A DNA stretch of 64,000 bases from Candidatus Doudnabacteria bacterium (GCA_041644975.1 JBAZQX010000002.1:84603-148602); one strand, 5' to 3'. Numbered from the stretch's first letter, positions 37,450 through 47,759 are shown. Made by a program: numbers and translations. Notes: generated by a model not told the origin, from the sequence alone.

Positions 37450-37494
37450 TACCCCTATTTTTATTGATGTTATAATATTCAATGCCAATCAAAT

Positions 37495-37896
37495 ATGTTT
37501 AATGATATGCTTAAAATTATCGTCGTTTCCGGACCGGTGATTGTGGAAGACGGCAAAGTCTTATTAAATCAGCACGGCGAGGATAATTTTTGGAAATTCT
37601 GCGGAGGCAGGGTGGAGGATTATAACGTTGATTTAGCGGAAAACGCGCGGCGCGAGGCGAGAGAGGAAATGGGGATTGACATAGAAGTGATTAATAAAAA
37701 TCCTTTTATTATTTATCTCCAAAAAGAAACAGCGGAAGGTAAAGTTGATGTTATTTTAGCGCATTTCTTAGCAAAAAGGATAGGTGAAGTGAAACCTGAT
37801 TCTGAAATCAGGGAGTGGAATTGGTTTTCTATGGATAACCTTCCCGGAAATATAGCGCCAAATGTGAAGCCAGCCTTGAAGCATTTTGGATTTTAA
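37495..37896 (+). CDS. NUDIX hydrolase
   Basis: GGRVE....ENARREAREEMG Nudix box. Confidence 0.9.
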   Translation: MFNDMLKIIVVSGPVIVEDGKVLLNQHGEDNFWKFCGGRVEDYNVDLAENARREAREEMGIDIEVINKNPFIIYLQKETAEGKVDVILAHFLAKRIGEVKPDSEIREWNWFSMDNLPGNIAPNVKPALKHFGF

Positions 37897-37899
37897 GCC

Positions 37900-38074
37900 G
37901 TCTATTAGCGAGCGAGCCTCGATATCCCTCACTTTACAAAAGTGAGGGATGAGCGAAGCAATCTCATAAGACTCAATATTCATTGAGTTTTAAAAAATTA
38001 TTTAAATGACTTCGAATATTGTCATTAATGAGATTGCTTCGTCGCTCCTTAAGGGTCGCTCCTCGCTAATAGAC
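37900..38074. repeat. Palindromic element with 13-bp perfect terminal IR and nested hairpin
   Basis: GTCTATTAGCGAG / CTCGCTAATAGAC; GAAGCAATCTC / GAGATTGCTTC; nested ATCCCTCACTTT..AAAGTGAGGGAT. Confidence 0.8.
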
Positions 38075-38082
38075 AAAGTGCG

Positions 38083-38520
38083 ATGGACAATACTAAAAAA
38101 CCCGGCGTGGGCGTAGGAGTAATGCTTTTAAAAGAGGGCGAGGTCTTGCTCGGCAAGCGGCATTTTGATGCGGCGCGGGCGGACAGCGAACTCCACGGCG
38201 AAGGCACTTGGACTATGCCTGGCGGTAAACTGCATTTTCACGAAGAATTGGAGGGCGCGGCGTATCGCGAGGTCTTGGAGGAAACAGGGGTAAAAATCGA
38301 TCAAAAAAAACTAAGGATGATTAGTGTCACCAATGATATTGTTAAAGACGCGCATTTTGTGACTATTGGTTTTTTATGCGAAGATTTTCGAGGCGAACCA
38401 AAGGTAATGGAACCCGACGAGATTACAGAATGGCGCTGGTTTGCTTTGGACAAGCTGCCTCATCCAATTTTCTTTCCAAGTAGAAAGATTTTAAATAATT
38501 TTTTGAAAATCCAAAAATAA
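38083..38520 (+). CDS. NUDIX hydrolase (NUDT15/MutT-like)
   Basis: PGVGVGV, GTWTMPGG, REVLEETG, HFVTI, MEPD..EWRWF. Confidence 0.92.
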   Translation: MDNTKKPGVGVGVMLLKEGEVLLGKRHFDAARADSELHGEGTWTMPGGKLHFHEELEGAAYREVLEETGVKIDQKKLRMISVTNDIVKDAHFVTIGFLCEDFRGEPKVMEPDEITEWRWFALDKLPHPIFFPSRKILNNFLKIQK

Positions 38521-38622
38521 GGCGAATACCCTTTGAAATCTTTGGCTTGGATAAAAAATAATCCGCTTTTGCAAGCGGTTTCTTTATGAGACTGGAGGGG
38601 GAGGCAATTGTATGTCTCTTTT

Positions 38623-39162
38623 TTATGGGTTGGGTGGATGATGAAAGCGGGCGACTAAATCCATAATTACCTTTTTGATTTTTTGCGGATGGGGGAGGGC
38701 ATTGAAATAAAATTTATCCTGCTCCGCGCCTGCGGATTCAATCTCAATGTCGCCATAGTTTAAAAACGTGGCGAGGATGCCAAACATTTTAATGGAAATG
38801 TCCTGGATATTATATAACTTCAATTCATTTAAGTTATATTTAAAAAATCCTTTTTGTTCATTCTCTATGACTCTTTTATTAGTGACAATTACCGTGTTTA
38901 AGGTGTAAATCATAATATTGTAAAAAGCGATCATCCATAAAATAAAAAGATAAACAGCCGCTAAAAACCAATAGACAGAGGAGAAGATTTCATACCAGCC
39001 GCTTGCCGCAATCAAAAAATAGACCCAGAAAGGAATTAAAGCGAAAAGGGCAAGGACGAAAAGAGGTCCGAATAATCTAATCCAGTGCCGGCGAGTGAGC
39101 AAAATAACTGTTTCATCCGGCTGGCGGCCGCGGAAATTATTTGTGGAAGAAAATATAGGCAT
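38623..39162 (-). CDS. Membrane protein with bacterial PH (bPH_2-like) domain
   Basis: RRHW, 2 TM, IVTNKRVI..Q.GFF, IQDI..GILAT.LNYGDI.IESAG. Confidence 0.85.
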   Translation of the reverse strand: MPIFSSTNNFRGRQPDETVILLTRRHWIRLFGPLFVLALFALIPFWVYFLIAASGWYEIFSSVYWFLAAVYLFILWMIAFYNIMIYTLNTVIVTNKRVIENEQKGFFKYNLNELKLYNIQDISIKMFGILATFLNYGDIEIESAGAEQDKFYFNALPHPQKIKKVIMDLVARFHHPPNP

Positions 39163-39166
39163 AATA

Positions 39167-39194
39167 AAAAGTGAAAAGTTAAAAGTGAAAAGTG
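39167..39194. repeat. Heptamer tandem repeat (AAAAGT(G/T))x4
   Basis: AAAAGTG AAAAGTT AAAAGTG AAAAGTG. Confidence 0.75.
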
Positions 39195-39200
39195 AAGATA

Positions 39201-39437
39201 CTAAAAGATGTTTTGGGAGATTTCGTCCCAGTTAATTTGGCGATAAAGGATAAGAATAATGGCGAAAAAAATAAAAGAACCTAAGAAAAAACATAGGGCT
39301 AAAATCTTAGGTTTAGCCCCCACACCAAAGCGAATGAAATGATAGATAATGCAAAAAGCATACCAAAAATAGATGACAAGGACTACCAAGAAAACAATTA
39401 AGGGAAGATTAAAACCATTTTCAAAAATAGAACCCAT
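39201..39437 (-). CDS. Small 2-TM membrane protein
   Basis: IIYHFIRFGVG motif; co-oriented with 38623. Confidence 0.75.
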   Translation of the reverse strand: MGSIFENGFNLPLIVFLVVLVIYFWYAFCIIYHFIRFGVGAKPKILALCFFLGSFIFFAIILILYRQINWDEISQNIF

Positions 39438-39650
39438 ATTTTATGTTAAGTATAGTTGAATCTATTTTAGCAGGAATCAAATAAATTGGCAAAGAGTTTT
39501 CCCGCGTTTCTAATTATGTTAAAATAGAATCAATTAAAAAATAAAGATAAAACTATGCAATTTAGCGAAGGTATTTTCATGTCGCTTAAAAGAAATTAAA
39601 ACTTGGTTAAAAAAATTAAAATAATTTGTAAAAAATCAAACAAATAAAAT

Positions 39651-40550
39651 ATGGCTGAACCTATTCAGGGTACCTATGTTTGTGGAGATAAAAGTTGCGC
39701 TACTTTCTTGGGAGAGAGCGCGGAGAATTGCCCTCAAGACTGCTTGCCTAGTGGAGGAGGCGCAGAAGGCGCGACCCCTTCTATTATTGATTCTCTGGCG
39801 ATTCACATTAACCCTTGGCTTCTCTTGGCGGGGATTTTAATGATGCTTACCCTCGTCATTCCTTTAATTTATTGGCGCAGGAAAGAAAAGACTCCTTGGC
39901 GTTTTTTCGCTTGGGGAGCACTGATTTGGACTATTAATATTATTATTAAAGCTACCTTAGATTTTACTTTTAATAACACAGTTTTTGCCGCCGTGGGCGG
40001 GATCACGTTTTTTTACGCTCTTTATTTTGGCATCCGGACTGGAGTTTTTGAAAGCGGTCTTTCTTATCTCTTTATTCGCTTGAAAAAAAGAATGAAAGAG
40101 GCGAATTGGGGTGAGGCGGTGGCTTTTGGGATTGGGTTTGGCGGTCTTGAAAATTTTATCCTGGGTCTACAATCATTTTTGACGGCTGTTGTTTTGCTCG
40201 CTGCTCCGGAGGTTCTGCAAAGATTTCCTTCTTCTTTGCAAGCCGAATATCTCAAGGCTTACACCGCTTCTTCTTGGATTATCTTCGCGCCCGCCTTGGA
40301 GAGGATAGCGGCGCTTTTTGCCCATATTTTAGCGAGTGTGCTCCTTTTTGCGGCCGTGAAAACCGGCAAAATGCGTTATTTTTGGTATTCGTTTCTTTAC
40401 AAAATGATCATTGATGGGAGCGTTTTGTATCTTACAAAAATTTCCGTCTCCTCTTTTTTAACCTCGGTTTATTTAGTGGAGATTCCGATTATCATCTATG
40501 GTTTGGTCGGTTTTTGGGGATTAAAGCGGTTAAGGAAAATATATTCTTAA
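39651..40550 (+). CDS. YhfC-like glutamic-type intramembrane protease with N-terminal Cys module
   Basis: GVFES, AFGIGFGGLE, ALERIAA..AH; N-terminal CGDKSC..GESAENCPQDC. Confidence 0.8.
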   Translation: MAEPIQGTYVCGDKSCATFLGESAENCPQDCLPSGGGAEGATPSIIDSLAIHINPWLLLAGILMMLTLVIPLIYWRRKEKTPWRFFAWGALIWTINIIIKATLDFTFNNTVFAAVGGITFFYALYFGIRTGVFESGLSYLFIRLKKRMKEANWGEAVAFGIGFGGLENFILGLQSFLTAVVLLAAPEVLQRFPSSLQAEYLKAYTASSWIIFAPALERIAALFAHILASVLLFAAVKTGKMRYFWYSFLYKMIIDGSVLYLTKISVSSFLTSVYLVEIPIIIYGLVGFWGLKRLRKIYS

Positions 40551-40828
40551 GGATTCTTGGATTATGAAATTCTTAAGATACTCCTTCTTCGTCAAAGGAA
40601 AGTAAAACTTCTCCCCTGACACTTGTCTCATATTTTGTGCGGGAAGGGGAGATTAGAGAGGGGTTTATTATCAATCAGCGCGCATTATTTTACAAGGCGC
40701 GGAGGAAAAGACCGCAGCCTTGTTTTTTTATTGAAGATTTGCTAAACTATCTTGTTTTACAAATTAAGTATGGAATCGGTTGTTAATAGAGAAATATAGA
40801 TTGACGGCTTTTTAAACAAAGGAGATGA

Positions 40829-43087
40829 GTGATGGAAGAGATTAATGTATTTATCCCTGGGAAGATTGTGCGGTTGTCGGTAGAAGATTTGGAAGGTAAT
40901 CAAAGCGAGGAGCGCTTTAAGGTCCAAAAGAGACTCGGCACGGGTTACGCGGGCGAAGTCTATCTCTTGACCCATCAGGATTCAGAAGAGCAGAATTCAG
41001 AAGAGAAGGTAGTCTTGAAAATTATGCGTTCGGGCAATTTTTTAAAGAGAATTATCGCGCTCTTGGCGCGGCTATTCGCTACTTTTGATTTTGCTTGGTG
41101 TGAGGCGGAGGTAAAGATGGCGGTTTTGCACCATACGCTTTTACCCCTTGCGGTCAAAAAGAGGACAGGAAAAGATTATCTCATCCCTTCTTGGCGCCGC
41201 AGTTATACTTGGATTCCAGAAAAGAAGGCGTGGGGGATTTTTTTAGAGTATGATGATCTCCGTTCTGCCTATCATGGGACATTGTCCGGAGTAGGCGATC
41301 TAGAGGTTAAAGAGCGGGCGGGGGCAGCCCATATTTTAATCGATTGTTTCAAGGGGGTTGGCGCTCTTGCCTTTGCGTGGCAGTTTAATCATTTTAAACG
41401 CGAGCCGAGAGGCAGGTGGTATGTCTGGTACACCCTGTTTTGCGCCTTAGCCGTTCTTCTTCTCACCATCTTTTTAGACCTTCCTTATGATCCAAAAGTG
41501 AATGTGCTGGCGGTTTTGTGTCTTTTTTTCAGTCTCGCAGGCGCCTCTTGGTTATCCGCGGATAATCTTAAAAAAAGTGAAAAGTACGGATTTTTCCGCG
41601 GTCCGGATTTAGAGCTGGGAATGCCGCACATTGGGTTCTGTCTGCCTGTAGGATTCCTGGTTGTGTCAGCTCTCTCTCTGATGCATAAATTTTGGGGACT
41701 TTCTCCCTCTTGGGCGATTTTTTTAGCCTTACTCTTTTCTCCGGGTTATCTTTTCTTGTTTGAGTTGCCCTTGTTTTGGGAGAATATCAAGAAGGGCTAT
41801 CCTATTCCTTTTGGACAATTGGAGATAGAGGGGTTTGCTTATGCTTTCGGGAGTGATCCGGAATTTCAAGAAGATATTGAGCGATACCGCTCCCTACTTT
41901 ATCAGTTTGAGTCGGGAAGACTTAATCCGATTAACCGTTTGTTCGTTCTGTTGGTTTTAAGGCGGCTTTTGCCTTTTTTTGGGCGGGAATGGCGGTCGCG
42001 CACGATTGAACGTTGGGAACTGAAGGAAAAAATCACTTTAGAGCGAGTGCGGAAGATGCGAGAAAATTTTGCTCATTATTTCTTTTTCTTGGTGGTAAGT
42101 TTGTTTGGCATAATCCCTTGGCGTTTTATTTTAGACCGCGTTTTTCGCCATAGGCAAATCATTTATCGGAAGATGAAGCGGCTGGAAAAGATGTTGCAAA
42201 AAGGGCAGATAAGCCGCCGGACGGCAAGAGGATTAGCTCTGGTCGGAGTAAGCTTATTTTCTTTTTTCTTAAGCTTTATTCTGATTAGGAAGTTTTATCG
42301 CCTTGTTTTTGAGCGGCATTATCGGAGGCTTTGGCTGCGCAATACCTTTAAGATTTTCTGGAGCAGAGAGTTTCTGAAAAGGCGGGCGGTCGCTCGTTTT
42401 CAGCGCTATCTGACGAATCAAAGGCGCGATGGCCGCATCACGGATCAGTATTATTACAGGATAAAGCATTTACAGAAAGTAACCGCTATTCACTGGTGGT
42501 TAATCCTGTATTTTAGCTTGCTTGCCCCCAAGTCAGTCACTTGGTCTGTGCGCATCGCGGCAGTTTCAGGATTTTTAATGGCCCGGAAGTTATTAGACAT
42601 AATGCCGGGATTGCCTAACTGGCTTGCCGAGATCATCAGGTATGATATTATTCCGCACGTGCCGGGCTGGCTTGCCGCTATCATCTTGGGGCTGGGAATT
42701 ACAGCCTTATATGAGATCGTGGCCACACTGATCTTTGGAGCGTTTTTTCTCCTGCGGCTTATTCCGCGGCTGAAGGTGGAGAGGTTTTTAGTGGGTCGAG
42801 TTATTGTGGCTTTGTTGAATTTTCTCCTGTATGTTATTTTCGCTTGCCTGAATGGCGTCCCCGGATTTTCTATTTTAGGAGTGCCATTGGCTGTGTCTTC
42901 AACACCCTATCATTCTTCCTTTTGGCTGTTAACAATAATCCGTTGGCAGTCATTGTTCTTGGGATTTATTCGTCTTATATCCCTTGGAATGTGGGATAAA
43001 GGAGGACTGGGGGAATTCTATTTTGCCGAGCTTGGCGTTAACAGCCAAGCCCGTATTGTTCTTAAACTTTGCTCCCTGCCTGTTTAA
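40829..43087 (+). CDS. Multi-pass membrane protein with a protein-kinase-like N-lobe
   Basis: RLGTGYAGEVY, VVLKI, later DN...DLE; many TM helices and Arg-rich segments. Confidence 0.65.
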   Translation: MMEEINVFIPGKIVRLSVEDLEGNQSEERFKVQKRLGTGYAGEVYLLTHQDSEEQNSEEKVVLKIMRSGNFLKRIIALLARLFATFDFAWCEAEVKMAVLHHTLLPLAVKKRTGKDYLIPSWRRSYTWIPEKKAWGIFLEYDDLRSAYHGTLSGVGDLEVKERAGAAHILIDCFKGVGALAFAWQFNHFKREPRGRWYVWYTLFCALAVLLLTIFLDLPYDPKVNVLAVLCLFFSLAGASWLSADNLKKSEKYGFFRGPDLELGMPHIGFCLPVGFLVVSALSLMHKFWGLSPSWAIFLALLFSPGYLFLFELPLFWENIKKGYPIPFGQLEIEGFAYAFGSDPEFQEDIERYRSLLYQFESGRLNPINRLFVLLVLRRLLPFFGREWRSRTIERWELKEKITLERVRKMRENFAHYFFFLVVSLFGIIPWRFILDRVFRHRQIIYRKMKRLEKMLQKGQISRRTARGLALVGVSLFSFFLSFILIRKFYRLVFERHYRRLWLRNTFKIFWSREFLKRRAVARFQRYLTNQRRDGRITDQYYYRIKHLQKVTAIHWWLILYFSLLAPKSVTWSVRIAAVSGFLMARKLLDIMPGLPNWLAEIIRYDIIPHVPGWLAAIILGLGITALYEIVATLIFGAFFLLRLIPRLKVERFLVGRVIVALLNFLLYVIFACLNGVPGFSILGVPLAVSSTPYHSSFWLLTIIRWQSLFLGFIRLISLGMWDKGGLGEFYFAELGVNSQARIVLKLCSLPV

Positions 43088-43115
43088 AAAACAGCGCAGG
43101 GTTTTTTATTTTGTA

Positions 43116-43288
43116 TTTTTAATTACGAAATACATTTTGTTATTGCGAGAAGCTTGATTACACTCCCCCTGCCCTGAGCGGGGAGATAAGAGGGGGAGGG
43201 AGAATAGTAGACCCCTCCTAATCTCCCGCTTCTCTAAGCGGGAGGAAAAATCCTTCGCTAATAGACGGTAATATTTCGTAATTCAAGC
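43116..43288. mobile_element. Second MITE copy with 7-bp target duplication
   Basis: AATTACGAAAT / ATTTCGTAATTCAAG flanked by TTTTGTA (43109-43115, 43289-43295); TCGCTAATAGAC inside. Confidence 0.7.
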
Positions 43289-43308
43289 TTTTGTAATATA
43301 ATGGGGTT

Positions 43309-43986
43309 ATGATAAGCAACAAAATTTCCCGAGCCGTCATCCAAAAAATAGAAAAAGAAGCTAAAGAATATTTTCGCGGTGCGAGTGGCTGCCACGATTT
43401 TAGCCATGTGGAAAGGGTTTTGAAACTCGCGCTTCACTTGGGTCGCAGAGAAAAAGCGGATTTAGGCATTTTAGAGGTCGCGGTTTTATTGCATGATATT
43501 GGACGGCGCGCAGAAATGAAGGCGAAAGGAACTTTTTGTCATGCTGAAGCTGGGTCTGCCTTGGCGCAAAAAATTTTAGGGAAGTATAAATTTGATAAAG
43601 ACACGGTGAGGAATATTATTCATTGCATCAGGACTCACCGTTTTCGCGACCGCCGGAATGTTCCGAAAACCATTGAGGCTAAAGCGCTGTTTGACGCGGA
43701 TAAATTGGATTCTATCGGCGCGGTTGGCTTGGGTCGCGCCTTTCTATTCGCGGGTGGCGCGGGTTCGGGTAATCTTTATACGGGCAATGAGAGACGTTTA
43801 GCGAAAACAGGATGCGACTACTCTTTTACCAAGGAGGACTCTGCTTTTCTAGAATACGAAATTAAACTGAAGAAAATTAAGGATGTGATACTTACCGCAA
43901 GCGGCAGGAGGATTGCCCTTGGCCGGCATAGGTTTATGGTCAGTTTTTGGCAGCAGTTTTGGCAAGAGGTGGCAGGGAAAAAATAA
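43309..43986 (+). CDS. HD-domain phosphohydrolase
   Basis: HDFSHVERV, LLHDIG, H, HRFR, LFDADKLDSIGAVG. Confidence 0.92.
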   Translation: MISNKISRAVIQKIEKEAKEYFRGASGCHDFSHVERVLKLALHLGRREKADLGILEVAVLLHDIGRRAEMKAKGTFCHAEAGSALAQKILGKYKFDKDTVRNIIHCIRTHRFRDRRNVPKTIEAKALFDADKLDSIGAVGLGRAFLFAGGAGSGNLYTGNERRLAKTGCDYSFTKEDSAFLEYEIKLKKIKDVILTASGRRIALGRHRFMVSFWQQFWQEVAGKK

Positions 43987-44000
43987 TGTTATAAAAATTT

Positions 44001-44561
44001 ATGCGCAAATGGAGATGTCAAAAATCAGAACTCATTTTGGATACGAAATATTTTAAAGTGCGCAAGGATACTGTCAAATTACCGAATCAAGAAATGATAG
44101 AATGGATTTATTGGGACAGCAAAGATTCGGCAATGGTTTTGGGTATGACTCCGGATAAAAAGCTGGTGATGATTCGGCAGTACCGTTATTTAGTAGGCAG
44201 GGAGGTATTGGAATTTCCCTCCGGCGGCTTGCATAACAATGAGAATATTGAGGAATGCGCGCGGCGGGAATTTGAAGAGGAAAGCGGGTATAGGTGCAGT
44301 CAGCTAATTAAGCTCGGTTCATTTTATGAAACCTATAGCCAACTTAATCGCGAAATCCATTTGTTTTTCGCGCCGCAAGCGCGAAAAACCAAACAGAATC
44401 TAGATCAAGGCGAAAAAGGTTTTGAAGATATCAAGGTAGAGCTCGTGGAGTTTAAGGACGCGGCGCGGATGGCATCCGACAATACTATTGTCGCTGTGGG
44501 CTCGGCTTTAGCAATTTTGTTACTAAAGGAGAAGATAGAAAATAAGGATATTAAAATTTAA
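44001..44561 (+). CDS. NUDIX hydrolase (ADP-ribose pyrophosphatase-like)
   Basis: RQYRY, EFPSGG, CARREFEEESG. Confidence 0.9.
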   Translation: MRKWRCQKSELILDTKYFKVRKDTVKLPNQEMIEWIYWDSKDSAMVLGMTPDKKLVMIRQYRYLVGREVLEFPSGGLHNNENIEECARREFEEESGYRCSQLIKLGSFYETYSQLNREIHLFFAPQARKTKQNLDQGEKGFEDIKVELVEFKDAARMASDNTIVAVGSALAILLLKEKIENKDIKI

Positions 44562-44573
44562 AACTATTCATTT

Positions 44574-45227
44574 ATGGCGAGTTTTAAAATTCATATTTCT
44601 TTTGGAATTATTTTGGGTATCATAGCGATGGCCGCGGTTTTGTTTTACACCTCGCTTGCCGGTGGTTTTTTGTTCGCCGTTTTATTCTTTTTAGCTATTG
44701 TTTTAGGTTCCTTTTTGCCTGATTTTGACAGTGATGAAAGTATGCCTTTTCAAATTGTTTTCGGATTAGCGGCTTTAGTTTCCGCGGCGATCATTCTGAT
44801 CTATTTTTATAAGCAAGATCCGCACAATCTTAAATTTTTAATCGGCGCGCCCCTTGTCGTTTTTATTTTTATCCGATTTATTTTGGGCGCGATTTTTAAA
44901 AAGTTTACCCACCACCGCGGTATTTTTCATTCCCTGCCGATGATGGGTGTGGCGGCGCTCTCTTCGCTTTTAATCTTTAGCCAATTTAATTTTTCGCCTC
45001 GCGAAAAGATTCTGCTCGCCGGGGGCGTGGGCTTGGGATTTTTAGGGCATCTTATCTTGGACGAACTGAAATCAGCTGCACGCTTCAGAGGGATTTTTTT
45101 GATTCCGAGCCATTCCTTGGGGAGTGCTTTGAAATTGGTATCGCGATCGCGGATCGCGACTGTTTTTCTTTATTTAATTCTAGCGGTTTTAATTGGTTCA
45201 AACTGGCCGATCCTGAAGCAATTTTGA
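44574..45227 (+). CDS. Membrane-bound metal-dependent hydrolase (YdjM-like)
   Basis: H, GSFLPDFD, HRGIFHS, GHLILDE. Confidence 0.88.
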   Translation: MASFKIHISFGIILGIIAMAAVLFYTSLAGGFLFAVLFFLAIVLGSFLPDFDSDESMPFQIVFGLAALVSAAIILIYFYKQDPHNLKFLIGAPLVVFIFIRFILGAIFKKFTHHRGIFHSLPMMGVAALSSLLIFSQFNFSPREKILLAGGVGLGFLGHLILDELKSAARFRGIFLIPSHSLGSALKLVSRSRIATVFLYLILAVLIGSNWPILKQF

Positions 45228-45336
45228 ATGGGTTAGCGACAGCCCTTGAAGAGACTATTATTTGATAAGACCATCTTTAAGGTGTCGTTCTGGGAGATTA
45301 TATGGTAAAATAGAAATAGAAAATTAAAATAAAAAT

Positions 45337-47376
45337 ATGGAGAACAATCAAAATTTAGAGACCTTACTTCCGGAAAATCAAAAGCCATCTCCGAAGAAGA
45401 AAAAGCGAGCTGGCAAAGTAGTAGCTATCATCATTGCCGTTTTTCTTTTAGGAATAATGGTTATCTTGGGTATTCAGAGATTGACTTTCAAACCAATTTC
45501 GATTCTTGTCCCTTCTCTTCCCTCCGTCACTCAGAAGACCGAGGAGGTGAAAAAATTTGAGGGGGCGCAGGATTTCAAAGCTTATCTAGAAAAGGGGGCT
45601 ATGCTTTCCGATAGCAGCTACTATCCTTCTGGCGCGGGTTTAGGGGGCAATCTTTTAAGGGAGGGAATGCCGACTTCAGAAGCAGCCGCGCCTACTGATC
45701 TTGCCAAAGAGACTCCTTCCTCCGGCAGAGTTTCCGAAACCAATGTTCAGGTGACGGGAATTGATGAGCCGGATATTGTCAAAACCGACGGCAAGGAGAT
45801 TTATTATTCTGGAACGAACCGCTATTACCCTCTATATAGTGAAGGATCAGAGAGCGTTCCTCCCTACAGCGAGGCAAAAACACGGATTTTGAGGGCTTTT
45901 CCGCCTGAAGATTTAGCCAAGAAATCCGAAATTGACAAGACAGGCAATTTACTTTTGGATAAAGATATTTTGATTGTATTTTCAGAGCCGAATATCATAG
46001 GCTACAATGTCGCCGACCCGGAGAAGCCGGAAAAGAAATGGGAGCTTGCACTGGAAAACAGCACTACTTTGGTCGCGGCGCGTTTATATCAAGACAAAAT
46101 CTATTTAGTAACCCGCAATCAAATTAACGGAAATGAGCCTTGTCCGATTAAACCCTTGAGCGTGAATGGGGTCGCTTTAGAGTTTGCTTGCGGAGATATT
46201 TATCATCCTTCTGAAATTATTCCCGTGGATGTGACTTTTATGGCGATGACTATTGATCCCGACTCGGGCAAGGTGGAGGATAAGATTTCCTTTGTGGGTT
46301 CTTCAGGCTCTTCAGTGGTTTATATGTCTTCCGGCGCGCTCTATGTGACCTATACTTATTACTCGAGCGTGGCGGGATTTTTATTTGACTTTTATAAAAA
46401 TAAAGCCTCGGATTTAATTTCCGAAGACGCTTTAAAGAAGTTGGAGAAAATTAAGGATTATGACTTGAGCGAGCGGGCGCGCCTCACGGAAATTGAGGTT
46501 ATTCTAGCTAATTATGCGGCGTCGCTCGCGCCTGATGAGAGCTTAAGAATAGAGAATGAGACCACAAACCGTATGGCGGCTTATCAAAAAGAACATCAAA
46601 GGGAATTGGAAAAAACAGGGATTGTAAAGATGGGACTAGATAAAAGTTTAGAAGTGCAGGCGGCGGGGGCAGTGGCGGGTCGTCCCTTAAATCAATTTGC
46701 CTTGGATGAATATGAAGGTAATTTGCGCATTGCTACGACGGTGGGCGGGCGAAGCGGATTTATGGGACAAGCAGAGAGCGCCAATGATGTTTATATTCTA
46801 GATAAAAAATTAGAGCCGAAAGGACAAGTCCAGGATTTGGGGATTAGCGAGCGGATTTACGCGGTGCGGTTTATTGAAGACAAGGGTTATGTGGTGACCT
46901 TTAAAGAGACCGACCCTTTTTATGTTTTAGACCTAAGTAATCCTGAAAAGCCAGTGATGGCTGGAGAGCTTAAAATCCCGGGTTATTCCGGCTACTTGCA
47001 TCCCATTACCAAGGATAAAATTTTAGGCATTGGCGAAGAGAATGGCAAAGTTAAAATTTCTTTTTTTGATGTTTCTACTGCCGCGAATCCCAAAGAACTG
47101 GATAAGTACCTTTTGGATGAATATCACTCCGCCATTTTAGAAACGCATCACGCCTTTCTTATGGATAAAAAGCACAATATTTTTTTCTTGCCCGGGGAAA
47201 AGGGGGGGTATATTTTTTCTTACAGGGATGAAAAGTTGAAACTGGTGAAAGCGGTTTCGGAATTTAATGTGGAACGCGCGATCTATCTTGATGATTATTT
47301 ATATATTATTAGCGGTAGTAAGATTACCGTGCTCAATGAGACGAATTGGGAAACAGTCAAAGAATTGTCATTCTAG
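45337..47376 (+). CDS. Membrane-anchored beta-propeller domain protein
   Basis: SETNVQVTGIDEPDIVKTDG, LNQFALDEYEGNLRIATT, ERIYAVRF, GELKIPGYSGYLHP. Confidence 0.9.
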   Translation: MENNQNLETLLPENQKPSPKKKKRAGKVVAIIIAVFLLGIMVILGIQRLTFKPISILVPSLPSVTQKTEEVKKFEGAQDFKAYLEKGAMLSDSSYYPSGAGLGGNLLREGMPTSEAAAPTDLAKETPSSGRVSETNVQVTGIDEPDIVKTDGKEIYYSGTNRYYPLYSEGSESVPPYSEAKTRILRAFPPEDLAKKSEIDKTGNLLLDKDILIVFSEPNIIGYNVADPEKPEKKWELALENSTTLVAARLYQDKIYLVTRNQINGNEPCPIKPLSVNGVALEFACGDIYHPSEIIPVDVTFMAMTIDPDSGKVEDKISFVGSSGSSVVYMSSGALYVTYTYYSSVAGFLFDFYKNKASDLISEDALKKLEKIKDYDLSERARLTEIEVILANYAASLAPDESLRIENETTNRMAAYQKEHQRELEKTGIVKMGLDKSLEVQAAGAVAGRPLNQFALDEYEGNLRIATTVGGRSGFMGQAESANDVYILDKKLEPKGQVQDLGISERIYAVRFIEDKGYVVTFKETDPFYVLDLSNPEKPVMAGELKIPGYSGYLHPITKDKILGIGEENGKVKISFFDVSTAANPKELDKYLLDEYHSAILETHHAFLMDKKHNIFFLPGEKGGYIFSYRDEKLKLVKAVSEFNVERAIYLDDYLYIISGSKITVLNETNWETVKELSF

Positions 47377-47415
47377 CTGTGGTTTATATCTAACCAATCT
47401 TCTTGAAGAAATTTT

Positions 47416-47748
47416 ATGCTTGAATCTCATTCGCGATCGGCAGAGTTTGAGAACTCTTCCTATAAGGAGGAGGCAGAGGTGCCGAAGAAGAAACCCTACA
47501 AATTAGTGGGCAATCTTAGCGGACAGAATTTAGAAATTTATACCCACGCTCACGATTTAGGCGAGGCGATCCATAACGCTGGATACCAATTGGAAGAAAA
47601 ATATCGTGAACCGGAATATAGTCGCATTCCATATTTAAAAAAAAGATTTATGGAAAAGGTCATAGTATATTGTCAGGAAGATGCGGATTCCGATTGGATT
47701 AAGATTGACTCCGGGGAAGTGAATAAGATACTAACTTGGAGGAAATAA
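47416..47748 (+). CDS. Hypothetical protein
   Basis: 110-aa ORF, co-oriented with neighbours. Confidence 0.5.
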   Translation: MLESHSRSAEFENSSYKEEAEVPKKKPYKLVGNLSGQNLEIYTHAHDLGEAIHNAGYQLEEKYREPEYSRIPYLKKRFMEKVIVYCQEDADSDWIKIDSGEVNKILTWRK

Positions 47749-47759
47749 GAGAAATAAAT

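Noticed and set aside
39497-39525. dif/pdif site suggested by TTATGTTAAA
   Set aside because: No XerC-like left arm; better explained as an extended -10 promoter (TGTTAAAAT).
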